Shown in pieces: positions 17,272-26,373 of a stretch of 64,000 nt of DNA (within the stretch, counting starts at the first letter, position 1; each line of letters begins with the position of its first letter). Position numbers and translations under genes: made by a program. The DNA lies in the sequence record KF669658.1; one strand, written 5' to 3'. Origin of the DNA: Acinetobacter phage Presley. The notes under the pieces were generated by a model that made no database searches, was not told the origin of the DNA, and saw only the letters and a list, made by a program, of their open reading frames with translations.

Positions 17272-17906
17272 GTCCTCTTGGTTTAGTAACACAGTACCTA
17301 CGTCAGAAACATAGCTACCTTAGCCGTCTACCAATTATAGGCAAAGGTGCTTTTTCAATTGTTTATGCAGACGGACCAGATCGTTGTATTAAAGTCTCTA
17401 TCTGCAATGCCTACCGTGAGTTCTATTTATCTATGCCAGAAGATGAACATCCTCATATTGCATTACCTAATGTATATGACTATGAACATTTATCTGAGAT
17501 GGATATAGCTAGACCTGACATGGGCCTAGAAACCCATTTAGACATATCTCTTTACCGCTTAGAGCGATATAACAAGTTCACCCTTACGAATGCACCTAAA
17601 GAATCCGCTTACGCTGTGCGCGAATTCAAGGGCATTATTGAGGGTTCATACCGTTATGGTCATGCTGATGTGAAACTCTATTATGAAAAATATATGGAGT
17701 TGGTTAAACAGAAGCATGAAATCGATTCACCTGCTTATTTGTTCTATGAACAGTTAGGCATGATTAGTGCCAATAGTGGTTATAACTTCGATGGGTACAA
17801 ACGTAGTAACTTTGCGACTAACCAAGAAGGTAAGGCAGTCTTATTAGATCCTCTATTTGACTGCCGATTACACCGTAAGCTGTACTGTTCCAATGTACCA
17901 TTCTAG
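17268..17906 (+). CDS. hypothetical protein with protein-kinase-like motifs (212 aa)
   Basis: 'IGKGAFSIVY' Gly-loop-like, 'RCIKV', 'DGYKRSN' and 'LLDPLFD'; by-eye motif match only. Confidence 0.3.
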   Translation: MSPLGLVTQYLRQKHSYLSRLPIIGKGAFSIVYADGPDRCIKVSICNAYREFYLSMPEDEHPHIALPNVYDYEHLSEMDIARPDMGLETHLDISLYRLERYNKFTLTNAPKESAYAVREFKGIIEGSYRYGHADVKLYYEKYMELVKQKHEIDSPAYLFYEQLGMISANSGYNFDGYKRSNFATNQEGKAVLLDPLFDCRLHRKLYCSNVPF

Positions 17907-17916
17907 GTAGGAGATC

Positions 17917-18429
17917 ATGGCTAATATGAATCTACGTGGAGCACTGAGTAATAAGATCATTGATCTGTTAGATACATCAGTTAATAACGCTATGGAGCGT
18001 GCAGTGCATTCATTCCTTAAAAAGAATAATGCTAAGCACGGTAATCGTTATTTATGCTTCCAATATAAGCGCGAGTTCTATCCGTCTAAAGGACTCACAC
18101 GTACTCAACAACGTGATTTTTCAATTCCATTAGATAAATCACTCCATAATGATTTTGAGGAGTACCATAAACTTTTAGTACAAGACTACCAAGTTTTCAG
18201 ATCCAAAATGAGGCACTATATAGCACGTATATTCAGAAGTGCTAGTAGTCACCAAGAGCTCATGTCCATGCTACCAAGTGGGCTACACCCTGCTCTTGAA
18301 ATCCTTGAGTTCGTTCCGTTGGCTTCTGCCAAAGGCATCAGTGATGAAGAACGTGAGGAATTATCCGATTACTATGCACCGATACTGAATGAAGTCCATA
18401 AGTATCTTTCGGTGAAAAACTTAATATGA
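17917..18429 (+). CDS. hypothetical protein (170 aa)
   Basis: SD 'taggagatc'. Confidence 0.5.
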   Translation: MANMNLRGALSNKIIDLLDTSVNNAMERAVHSFLKKNNAKHGNRYLCFQYKREFYPSKGLTRTQQRDFSIPLDKSLHNDFEEYHKLLVQDYQVFRSKMRHYIARIFRSASSHQELMSMLPSGLHPALEILEFVPLASAKGISDEEREELSDYYAPILNEVHKYLSVKNLI

Positions 18430-21047
18430 AAACACTCACTTTTGGGAAAAATCCAAATCGTAAATATCCTATTGCTATCCTAATCAAAACAGCCAGTTTA
18501 GAAGAAGACGGTATTAGACAGTATTACGTGGACCCAATGGTTGAAGCGGGTATTAATCCAGAAGATATCATTGCTATCGAGTTGCAGTACAACAGTTCCA
18601 ATAAAGCCCCGGCTAAGTTAATCAAGGATTACCTTGAATTAATTGCACCTGCTTTAGCTAAGATGGAAGTGGAACATATCTATTGTGCAGACAGTGCTTA
18701 TTTCAAGGCATTAACCAAAGAAAAGAAAGCTGATCCACATATAGGTAATATTGTTCCATGTCGCTTTAATAAAGACTTAGAGCACATTAATGTGGCTTAT
18801 GGTTTAAACCATAGCTCATTAATTTATAACCCTGCTCAAAAGGATAAAATTGAAGCATCCATTACAGCACTCATTAATGTTGTAGGTGGAAACTTTAAGG
18901 AAACGTGTATCGAGTTTACTGATGAACGTTACCCAATAGATTTCCAAGACATTAAAGAAGAATTGGCTTATTTACATCAATTCGATGAACTAGCAGTAGA
19001 TATTGAAACCTTTGGTTTGAAACTAAACAAAGCAGGATTGGGAACAATTAGCTTTGCTGAATCTATTACCTCTGGTTGTGCATTCTTCATTGATTATTAT
19101 CCAATTGACCCACAAGAAGGTTTATTTGCCACACGGCGGATAAATGCACCAGTACGTAGGATTCTAAAGAAATTCTTTGAAGACTACCAAGGCAAGCTTG
19201 TAGCACATAATGCGAGCTTTGACTTTCGTATCCTGATCTATGAATTATTCATGGAACACCCATTGGATAAGAAAGGAATGATTCACGGTATTCACACATT
19301 ATGTCGATGCTTTGATGACACCAAGATCATTGCCTACTGTGCTTTAAACAGTACAGCAGAAACCAGTTATGGTTTGAAATCATTAGGCCAAGGTTACGCA
19401 GGCAACTATGCAGAAGAAGATATCAAAGATATCCGTAAAATCGAACCATTTAACTTATTGCGATATAACTTATCAGATACCTGTACTACGTTATGGGTTA
19501 AAGAGAAGTATTATCCAATTATGGTCAGAGATGACCAGTTAGATGTATATGAGCAAATCATGCTCCCAATGCAGAAAGTATTACTGCAATGTGAATTACA
19601 TGGTATGCCTATGTTCGATGAGCGTATCCAAGAAGTTAAACAAACTTTGACAGATTATGCAGATGGTTATCTTGATACCATTTATGGCAGTCACTATGTA
19701 GCTGAGGTAACTCACCTCATTCAAGTGGCTGAAATGAATGCTGCTAATGCCAAGCTTAAAACCAAACAACATCCTTTATCACATTTCAAAGATAAAGAGT
19801 TCAACCCGAACAGTCCTAAACAGTTATGTAGACTACTGTATGAGGTAATGGAATTACCAGAATTAGGATACACCCCTACTGGTCAACCTACTGTAGATGG
19901 GGACACACTAGAAAACTTATGTAATCACACCAATGATCAAGATAAGTTAGATCTGCTTAAAGCATTAGTGGGCTTCTTCAAAGTAGATAAGATCATGTCT
20001 ACGTTTATACCTGCATTTGAGAGTGGAATTCTCAAAGCAGATGGTATGCGTTACTTACATGGATCATTTAATATCGGCGGTACACGATCTGGACGTTTAT
20101 CGTCATCAGATCCAAACCTACAACAGATACCTAGTAACTCTGCTTATGGTGATTTAATCAAATTAATCTTTGGTGCACCTGATGGTTACATCATGGTAGG
20201 TGCAGATTTTAACTCGTTAGAGGATTACATCTCTGCGCTTTTATCCAAAGATACTAATAAGCTCAAGGTTTACCTTGATGGTTATGATGGTCACTGTCTA
20301 CGTGCATTCTATTACTTCCGTGAGAAAATGCCTGATATTAATGAATCTGTTGAATCAATCAACAGTATCAAGAAAAAGTATCCAGACTTACGACAAGATT
20401 CTAAGGCCCCTACATTTGCCTTAACTTATGGTGGTACTAATCATGCACTTCAAAAGCAATGTGGTTTCGATAAAGAGACTGCTATTGATATTGAAGAAAA
20501 ATACCATGAGTTATATCGAGAATCTGATGAATACGTTCAAAGACGTTTAAATGAGGTATCTCGTAAAGGTTATGCAGAATTAGCCTTTGGCTTCCGTATT
20601 CGTGCACCATTACTTAAAGCTACTGTTCATGGTTCGCGTCAGCAAATTCGTGCAGCAGCAGGTGAAGGTCGTACAGTAGGTAACGCTCTTGGTCAATCGT
20701 ATGGCCTGTTAAATAACAGATCCATGATTGCATTTATGCGTAAGGTATGGAAATCACCTTATATATACGACATTATGCCGATTGCACCAATTCACGATGC
20801 ATCTTACTACATCATCAAAGATGATCCAGATGTACTTAAATTCGTAAATGATCATCTCATTGAAGAAATGGAATGGCAGGAACTTCCAGAGATCTGGCAT
20901 GACAAAGTACGTATTGGAGCAGAACTTGATGTGTTTTATCCAGACTGGAAACACGCTATTACTTTAAAGAATAGATGGACCAGAGAACAAATCCTTGATC
21001 ATATCGATCAAACCATGGCTAAACGTGAGGAAGAAGAGAATGAGTAA
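18426..21047 (+). CDS. family A DNA polymerase with 3'-5' exonuclease domain
   Basis: Exo I 'DIETFGL', Exo II 'HNASFDF', Pol motif 'RSGRLSSSDPNLQQIP', 'HDASYY'; 873 aa. Confidence 0.85.
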   Translation: MKTLTFGKNPNRKYPIAILIKTASLEEDGIRQYYVDPMVEAGINPEDIIAIELQYNSSNKAPAKLIKDYLELIAPALAKMEVEHIYCADSAYFKALTKEKKADPHIGNIVPCRFNKDLEHINVAYGLNHSSLIYNPAQKDKIEASITALINVVGGNFKETCIEFTDERYPIDFQDIKEELAYLHQFDELAVDIETFGLKLNKAGLGTISFAESITSGCAFFIDYYPIDPQEGLFATRRINAPVRRILKKFFEDYQGKLVAHNASFDFRILIYELFMEHPLDKKGMIHGIHTLCRCFDDTKIIAYCALNSTAETSYGLKSLGQGYAGNYAEEDIKDIRKIEPFNLLRYNLSDTCTTLWVKEKYYPIMVRDDQLDVYEQIMLPMQKVLLQCELHGMPMFDERIQEVKQTLTDYADGYLDTIYGSHYVAEVTHLIQVAEMNAANAKLKTKQHPLSHFKDKEFNPNSPKQLCRLLYEVMELPELGYTPTGQPTVDGDTLENLCNHTNDQDKLDLLKALVGFFKVDKIMSTFIPAFESGILKADGMRYLHGSFNIGGTRSGRLSSSDPNLQQIPSNSAYGDLIKLIFGAPDGYIMVGADFNSLEDYISALLSKDTNKLKVYLDGYDGHCLRAFYYFREKMPDINESVESINSIKKKYPDLRQDSKAPTFALTYGGTNHALQKQCGFDKETAIDIEEKYHELYRESDEYVQRRLNEVSRKGYAELAFGFRIRAPLLKATVHGSRQQIRAAAGEGRTVGNALGQSYGLLNNRSMIAFMRKVWKSPYIYDIMPIAPIHDASYYIIKDDPDVLKFVNDHLIEEMEWQELPEIWHDKVRIGAELDVFYPDWKHAITLKNRWTREQILDHIDQTMAKREEEENE

Positions 21048-21525
21048 CAAAGTCACCCAAGATGATATTGATAATATCTTGACTACACGTGTAACTATTT
21101 ACACTAAGCACATAACTACTCCTACACCGTATGTAGAAGCTACTGCTTGGTTAGATAATCAATTCATTTTGGATACAGCAATTTCTAAAGCTGTAGATCC
21201 AGCCAACTTCGATTTAGAACTTGGCACGAAATACGCACGTGATGCCGTATTACGAAAAGCAACTGATAAGTTGTGGCAAATGGAAGGATATCTATTACAT
21301 AACCAAATCAACAAAGAACGTGCAAGCACTTTCTTAACTCGTCTTAAAGATGAATATAACGAAGTAAATGCACGTGCAACTAAACTTGCTGCATTCCTGC
21401 AGAAAGGCCAACCAGACAATATCAATACTGATGACTGGGAAGACTTAACAGAGCAGTATATGCATCAATCGCGTTATGAAGAGGTATTGGCTAAGCGTCT
21501 GCGAAAGCTAGGCCATCCAGTCTAA
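21040..21525 (+). CDS. hypothetical protein (161 aa)
   Basis: The track ORF starts at TTG 20995; the ATG at 21040 has SD 'gaggaagaagaga' and overlaps the polymerase stop. Confidence 0.45.
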   Translation: MSNKVTQDDIDNILTTRVTIYTKHITTPTPYVEATAWLDNQFILDTAISKAVDPANFDLELGTKYARDAVLRKATDKLWQMEGYLLHNQINKERASTFLTRLKDEYNEVNARATKLAAFLQKGQPDNINTDDWEDLTEQYMHQSRYEEVLAKRLRKLGHPV

Positions 21526-21546
21526 TACATAACTAATAGATCTAAT

Positions 21547-21571
21547 AAAGGGGCCATTAGGCCCTTTTATT
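21547..21571. terminator. bidirectional-type intrinsic terminator (aaag-gggcc-atta-ggccc-tttt)
   Basis: 5-bp GC stem flanked by an A-run and a T-run. Confidence 0.55.
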
Positions 21572-21573
21572 TA

Positions 21574-21969
21574 TTGGAGAACACTGTGCGAACAAAATAC
21601 GATGCAGATAAAGTCCAATCTTTATTAGAGTTCTTTATATGGATGGTTGCTAATAAGTATGAAATCCAGTTAAGCAATGAAAACATAGAATTCGATTTTG
21701 ATTGTGGTATATGCCATAACGTCTGTGAATTTACTGAGGATCATTCAGAAAAAATATTACAGAAGTTATTTAGAAACTATTTCAAAATACCTGACTGTTA
21801 CTTCGTACCTGATTATCCATTTGCAACTGGTAATTCAGATCCTACAGAAGAATACCGACAAACCCCTAACAAATATTTAGATACCGAATATGGGAATCTA
21901 CGATGGACATTCATTGAATGGGCCATAGAGGAATTAACCAATAATGGTAAACGTTACATTGATGACTGA
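21574..21969 (+). CDS. hypothetical Cys-rich protein (131 aa)
   Basis: The ORF starts at TTG 21574; an alternative GTG at 21586 has SD 'ttggagaac'. Confidence 0.45.
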   Translation: MENTVRTKYDADKVQSLLEFFIWMVANKYEIQLSNENIEFDFDCGICHNVCEFTEDHSEKILQKLFRNYFKIPDCYFVPDYPFATGNSDPTEEYRQTPNKYLDTEYGNLRWTFIEWAIEELTNNGKRYIDD

Positions 21970-22411
21970 TGCATCAATCTGTGGTGACACAGGTGTAGGT
22001 GGATATGGCTTTTGGGTTGTATCTTCAAGAGGTGGATTACCCGGACAAGGGAAATTCAAAACATTAACCAAGGATAGTTTACAAGGAGAACTTAAAGCAG
22101 TTATCAACTCACTATCCAAAGCAATCAAAATGGATGCCATTCAATATGGTGACAGTATTCTTATCCAATTAGATAACCAAGGTGTTATCGCTTGCATTGA
22201 AGGCAAATCTACACCACGTGCAGATATTGCACCTTTGTTGGATAAGCTCAAATGCATTGTAAAAGATCATGGACTCTCAATCTCATGTCGTCATGTTAAG
22301 GCTCATACAAACCGTAAGGACAATCGTTATATAGCCAATAAGATGTGTGACCTAAGAGCTAAAGAGGAAATGCGTAAAGCAAGAAAATTATTGGAGAAAA
22401 CCAAATGTTAG
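21962..22411 (+). CDS. RNase H (RNase HI-like)
   Basis: 'TDASICGDTGVGGYGF' (TDGS..G.GGYG), E in 'QGELKAV', 'IQLDNQG', 'VKAHTNRKDN', 'KMCDLRAKEE' = D-E-D-H-D catalytic set; start 21944 or 21962. Confidence 0.65.
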   Translation: MTDASICGDTGVGGYGFWVVSSRGGLPGQGKFKTLTKDSLQGELKAVINSLSKAIKMDAIQYGDSILIQLDNQGVIACIEGKSTPRADIAPLLDKLKCIVKDHGLSISCRHVKAHTNRKDNRYIANKMCDLRAKEEMRKARKLLEKTKC

Positions 22412-22794
22412 AAAACTTTCCAGTTAGAGACGGTAAACCATATAACCTTACTACTATCCATGAAATCAAAGAAGGTCAGATCGTATATGACTGCAAAGGC
22501 CAACCACAAGAAGTAGTTAAGGTAGGTCGCCGTTGGATTACATTTAAGTGTCATTACATGACACGTGTAGATCTTAATACAGCATTGCAAGAACCATCTA
22601 AATGGGGACATGCAAATAACAATCCAATATTCCCTACATACGAAGATTTCGAGAACTTTACACGTAATCGCGCTTATGTACATGCGGTACGTACAAAGGT
22701 TAGTAAACGTATTGAAGATAGTTGGAACCTCACACTTAAACAGGCTATGGCTATTGAGTTAGCAGTTAGTGCAATACTTGGAGAACGTCTATGA
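22405..22794 (+). CDS. hypothetical protein (129 aa)
   Basis: SD 'ggagaaaacc'. Confidence 0.5.
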   Translation: MLENFPVRDGKPYNLTTIHEIKEGQIVYDCKGQPQEVVKVGRRWITFKCHYMTRVDLNTALQEPSKWGHANNNPIFPTYEDFENFTRNRAYVHAVRTKVSKRIEDSWNLTLKQAMAIELAVSAILGERL

Positions 22795-23330
22795 TCGATG
22801 TCATCTATGACTCAGTAAAGTCTTACCTAGAACGTCATTTCAATCCTGACGAAATTGTAGAAGCCAACTGTACAGATGTAGGTACTATCCTACATTCACG
22901 TGATTCAACCAAGTGGACGAATGCTACAGTTATTGGCTTAGATCCAGATGCACGATTCCGTCAAGTAATGGTACTCACAGACATCGGTAATGTTATGTAC
23001 TTAACTTATCAAGAGATGTATGGAATCTACTCATTAGGTAAGAAGCGTGTATTACGAGATCCTTCACAAACATGGTTACCTACATACCATGATGTAGACA
23101 CCATGGGCCAACTCAAATACACCTATAAAGATTTATTAGCCAAAGCTAATGAAGCTACTGGAATCATCTTGTCTGGACAAGGATATGAGCTAGTAGAAGG
23201 CGCAACCTTCCATGATGCTATACATCCTCATGACAAATGGGTATTTGACACAGTATGCCGAGTTATTGAAACTCTACACCCTAATGTAGACATGGAAGAA
23301 GTAATTAGCTATGCCAATGACTTTGAATGA
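22791..23330 (+). CDS. hypothetical protein (179 aa)
   Basis: ATGA coupling; SD 'ggagaacg'. Confidence 0.5.
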   Translation: MIDVIYDSVKSYLERHFNPDEIVEANCTDVGTILHSRDSTKWTNATVIGLDPDARFRQVMVLTDIGNVMYLTYQEMYGIYSLGKKRVLRDPSQTWLPTYHDVDTMGQLKYTYKDLLAKANEATGIILSGQGYELVEGATFHDAIHPHDKWVFDTVCRVIETLHPNVDMEEVISYANDFE

Positions 23331-23583
23331 TGTAATCAATGCAGCCGATATGCTTATAGCAACTAACGGCGACATAATTTCGTGGTTCGATGCATCTAAA
23401 CTAGATATCAAAGAACAGAAATGTAATTTGTATAAAAACAACAAGTATGTGGACCGTGCGTCAATACACCGTAAGGTGGAGAAGACGGCACGTGACACAT
23501 ACGAAATGTTATTAGAAAGTGATGTTATCGAATTCCTTCCATATACCATGACGAAGGTGACTATCGATGGAACTGGAAATTAA
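23311..23583 (+). CDS. hypothetical protein (90 aa)
   Basis: ORF overlapping the upstream gene. Confidence 0.4.
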   Translation: MPMTLNDVINAADMLIATNGDIISWFDASKLDIKEQKCNLYKNNKYVDRASIHRKVEKTARDTYEMLLESDVIEFLPYTMTKVTIDGTGN

Positions 23584-23866
23584 CCAAAAACGTATGGACA
23601 TCTTATGTTCCATGCCATTCATTTACGCCAGTTATTTAGGTAATGAACAGATCAGTGTTATTACTAATCCGATATATCAAGATGAGTATCTTACATTTAC
23701 TAATGAAGATGGTATAGAAAAAGATATCCTCATAAATAGTTCAATTATTAATAGAACACGTAAAGGGTTCAATATTAATATAGACGATACTGTTTTTATC
23801 TATTTCCTAAACCTTGTTCCAGTTACACCCATGGTTATTGCTCAACTTAACTTAGTAGGTAAATAA
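23567..23866 (+). CDS. paralog-family protein, dispersed copy (99 aa), 'VIAQLNLVGK'
   Basis: SD 'aaggtga'. Confidence 0.45.
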   Translation: MELEINQKRMDILCSMPFIYASYLGNEQISVITNPIYQDEYLTFTNEDGIEKDILINSSIINRTRKGFNINIDDTVFIYFLNLVPVTPMVIAQLNLVGK

Positions 23867-23867
23867 C

Positions 23868-24110
23868 ATGAATACACTAGAAGAAGTGCTAGTAAATAGA
23901 AAGAACATTTATATTTTAATAGCTGCTACAGATGCTATGCATGAAGCAGTTAATTTTATACGTCAATTATCTAAAGAATCGCTGGAAAGTACAGTAATAA
24001 CTGATCCTCAAGGTGGGATATTATTTAGGGATAGCCTAATATATCAGTTAGCTGAAAATCCAATGAAATCTACAGATGAATGGCAACAGGAACTAGAAGA
24101 TGCCAAATAA
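23868..24110 (+). CDS. hypothetical protein (80 aa)
   Basis: SD 'ggtaaataac'. Confidence 0.45.
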   Translation: MNTLEEVLVNRKNIYILIAATDAMHEAVNFIRQLSKESLESTVITDPQGGILFRDSLIYQLAENPMKSTDEWQQELEDAK

Positions 24111-24137
24111 AAAACCGGAGTATTACCTCCGGTTCTT
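24109..24137. terminator. bidirectional terminator (aaaaa-ccggag-tattac-ctccgg-ttctt)
   Basis: 6-bp GC stem between convergent genes. Confidence 0.6.
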
Positions 24138-24158
24138 AGGGCCTTTAAACTATGCTGA

Positions 24159-24644
24159 TTAAGCTGCGTTTACGGTTACCTTAGCAGTAGCTGTTAAACC
24201 TTGATCAGCAGTAGTTACAGTGATTTCAGCTTCACCAACTTTTACACCAGTAACAGTACCATCTGCAGCCACAGTAGCAACAGTTTCATCACTTGACTTA
24301 AATGTCACAGCTTTGTTGGTTGCAGTATCTGGTACTACTTTAGCAGTAAGCTTAGTAGTTGCACCTACTTTCACAGAAACAGAAGCTTTATTCAAAGTTA
24401 CGTCAGTTACTTCAATAGTTTCATCACGGGTAGTAGCAACGTCTGTACCGTTGATATCAACAGTAAGAACACCGCCAGTACCTGTAGCGACTTCTGCTTT
24501 AGTTTGTACACCGTTTTCATCAATCAAACGATCAAGTAAAGTGTTTCCACCAAATACAGTACCTGCAGCGTTGAACGCTTCATCACTATCATTACCAGTC
24601 CATTCACGACCTGTTTCTTTTGCTTGAGCCATGGTAGTTCCCAT
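24159..24644 (-). CDS. Ig-like (BIG2) domain protein (161 aa), lone minus-strand gene
   Basis: C-terminal 'KVVPDTATNKAVTFKSSDETVATVAADGTVTGVKVGEAEITVTT' is a typical bacterial Ig-like group 2 repeat; the antisense ORF 24220..24627 is low-complexity. Confidence 0.6.
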   Translation of the reverse strand: MGTTMAQAKETGREWTGNDSDEAFNAAGTVFGGNTLLDRLIDENGVQTKAEVATGTGGVLTVDINGTDVATTRDETIEVTDVTLNKASVSVKVGATTKLTAKVVPDTATNKAVTFKSSDETVATVAADGTVTGVKVGEAEITVTTADQGLTATAKVTVNAA

Positions 24645-24758
24645 CTCATAGTTAATATTGAGCCTAGATCATATCAAATTAATTATGAAATAGGTATTAA
24701 TGGCATTTATAATAAAAAGCACATAAAATCGGTAAGGCACTGTTTCAGGGGAAATCCA

Positions 24759-25055
24759 ATGTTTCACGTTGATCCAGATGCTTGGGCTACCGTTGTCGGT
24801 GTCATGATCGTATGCGTATCGCTCTTTGTAGCAGTAGCTAGAAAAGTACAGAAGAAAATGACTAAACCTACTGTACTTTGGTTATCTATCGAAGTAGGTA
24901 CTCACGTATTGGCAGCACTTATGGCTTATGAAATCTATCCACACTTAGGAGAAGCTTTAACCCCCGAATGGATGACAAGACCTATCTTTGTAGGCTTGGC
25001 AGTTTGGTTAGGTAGTAAGTTTATCCAAAGACTTGAGAAAGGTATTAGGTTATAA
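24759..25055 (+). CDS. membrane protein (98 aa, 2-3 TM helices), possible holin-like
   Basis: The first 135 nt of track ORF 24624 overlap the minus-strand gene; the ATG at 24759 has SD 'cagggga'; hydrophobic. Confidence 0.4.
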   Translation: MFHVDPDAWATVVGVMIVCVSLFVAVARKVQKKMTKPTVLWLSIEVGTHVLAALMAYEIYPHLGEALTPEWMTRPIFVGLAVWLGSKFIQRLEKGIRL

Positions 25056-25071
25056 GCAACGCTTCACCTTG

Positions 25072-25098
25072 ATCCCCATTACGGGGATTTTTCTTTTA
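25072..25098 (+). terminator. intrinsic terminator (atcccc-attac-ggggat + tttttctttt)
   Basis: read directly. Confidence 0.65.
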
Positions 25099-25109
25099 GG
25101 AGAGACTAA

Positions 25110-25631
25110 ATGTCTATCGGTAAAAAAGTAGTTGATAAAGTAAGTAAGGTATTAAATATCCCTAACTTCTTGAAAGAAACAGTAACCCGTGTATTAAAGA
25201 TACAACCAGATAAAATAATTATCTGTGGTTACAACACTAAAACCCAAACAATTGCATCAGGTGGTGCAGGTGAATTAGGTACAAGTGATGCTGTACTCAT
25301 GCTCACCTCAGCTTTAGCCAGTGTATATCTGGAATTACCTAAAGACGGTGATAAACGCTTCCCTATTAATGACTTCATGTCATCCATGAATGTTATGACT
25401 TTGGATGCAATTCAGAAACGCGATCCTCAAGCAATCTATTCATCTACAGTGCCTGTAGAAGATCATAGGAAGCTTCCTGATCAACCATTCCCACCAACTG
25501 CACCAGTACCTCCTACACATCCTGTAGAAGTACAGGAATCTGTAGTAGAAGAAACACCTGTTAATGAACCTCAAAAGGCTAAAACAGTTAAACGTGTACG
25601 TAAGACACCAGTGAAAAAGGATAATAAATAA
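25110..25631 (+). CDS. hypothetical Pro-rich protein (173 aa)
   Basis: SD 'taggagagact'. Confidence 0.5.
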   Translation: MSIGKKVVDKVSKVLNIPNFLKETVTRVLKIQPDKIIICGYNTKTQTIASGGAGELGTSDAVLMLTSALASVYLELPKDGDKRFPINDFMSSMNVMTLDAIQKRDPQAIYSSTVPVEDHRKLPDQPFPPTAPVPPTHPVEVQESVVEETPVNEPQKAKTVKRVRKTPVKKDNK

Positions 25632-26263
25632 TGAATATAGTTATTCCATTATGGGTACTTACTGTACTTATTATCTTCTTTTTAATTAGTGTTGGTTATA
25701 TCACCTATCTATACACAGGCTTTAATTCTTTAAAAACTGAAATAGATTTACGTATGAGTGGTTTACGTTCTCGTATTGCTAATATTGAAGGTGAACATGT
25801 TCAACAGCATAATGCATACCGGGATATCATTAACGATATTACGGAGCTTAAAGCAATAGTATTTAATCAAGTAACCAATACAGCAATTGAACTGGATTGG
25901 ACGGATATAACCACTAAACTTAAAGCTGAATCTGGTGGACCTACTCAAGAAGAGCCTATTCAAAAACAGTATCAACAAACCCCGTCTATGATCGATCATC
26001 GTAAGATGAAGGCCAAAGACAAAGTAAATGAACTGGCAGCCAAATACCCACACTACTATGTAAGAGTGGAAGGATTAGAAGTTATAGACTTCTATCGTTT
26101 GGCTATGTTGTACAACATCACAGATCCATGTATTCAACACGCTATTAAGAAACTACTAGCATTAGGTAATCGTGGGCATAAAGATCGCCGTCACGATATC
26201 AATGATGTAATTGATACCTTACAAAGCCGTTTACGAATTATGGACGAAGACGGTATCGAATAA
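25631..26263 (+). CDS. membrane-anchored protein (210 aa, N-terminal TM)
   Basis: ATGA coupling; N-terminus 'IVIPLWVLTVLIIFFLISVGYITYLY'. Confidence 0.5.
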   Translation: MNIVIPLWVLTVLIIFFLISVGYITYLYTGFNSLKTEIDLRMSGLRSRIANIEGEHVQQHNAYRDIINDITELKAIVFNQVTNTAIELDWTDITTKLKAESGGPTQEEPIQKQYQQTPSMIDHRKMKAKDKVNELAAKYPHYYVRVEGLEVIDFYRLAMLYNITDPCIQHAIKKLLALGNRGHKDRRHDINDVIDTLQSRLRIMDEDGIE

Positions 26264-26373
26264 TGAACTTCTTGCTATTATTCTTATTAATATTAATAGG
26301 TATAGCAGCCTACAAGGTACTCAAAAATCTTGTAGGTTTTTTATTGGCTTTTATAAACAGGAAACAGAAATGA
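26263..26373 (+). CDS. possible 36-aa hydrophobic micro-protein
   Basis: Its ATG overlaps the upstream stop (TAATG) and its stop overlaps the downstream ATG (ATGA); it contains the hairpin 26309..26342. Confidence 0.25.
   Translation: MNFLLLFLLILIGIAAYKVLKNLVGFLLAFINRKQK
26309..26342 (+). terminator. hairpin + T6 (cctacaag-12nt-cttgtagg-tttttt)
   Basis: 8-bp stem; lies inside the putative micro-ORF. Confidence 0.45.

Noticed and set aside
24220-24627. 135-aa plus-strand ORF antisense to the BIG2 gene
   Set aside because: It is a low-complexity S/T/V/A-rich translation of the antisense of a well-defined Ig-like domain gene. The minus-strand frame has the recognisable domain.
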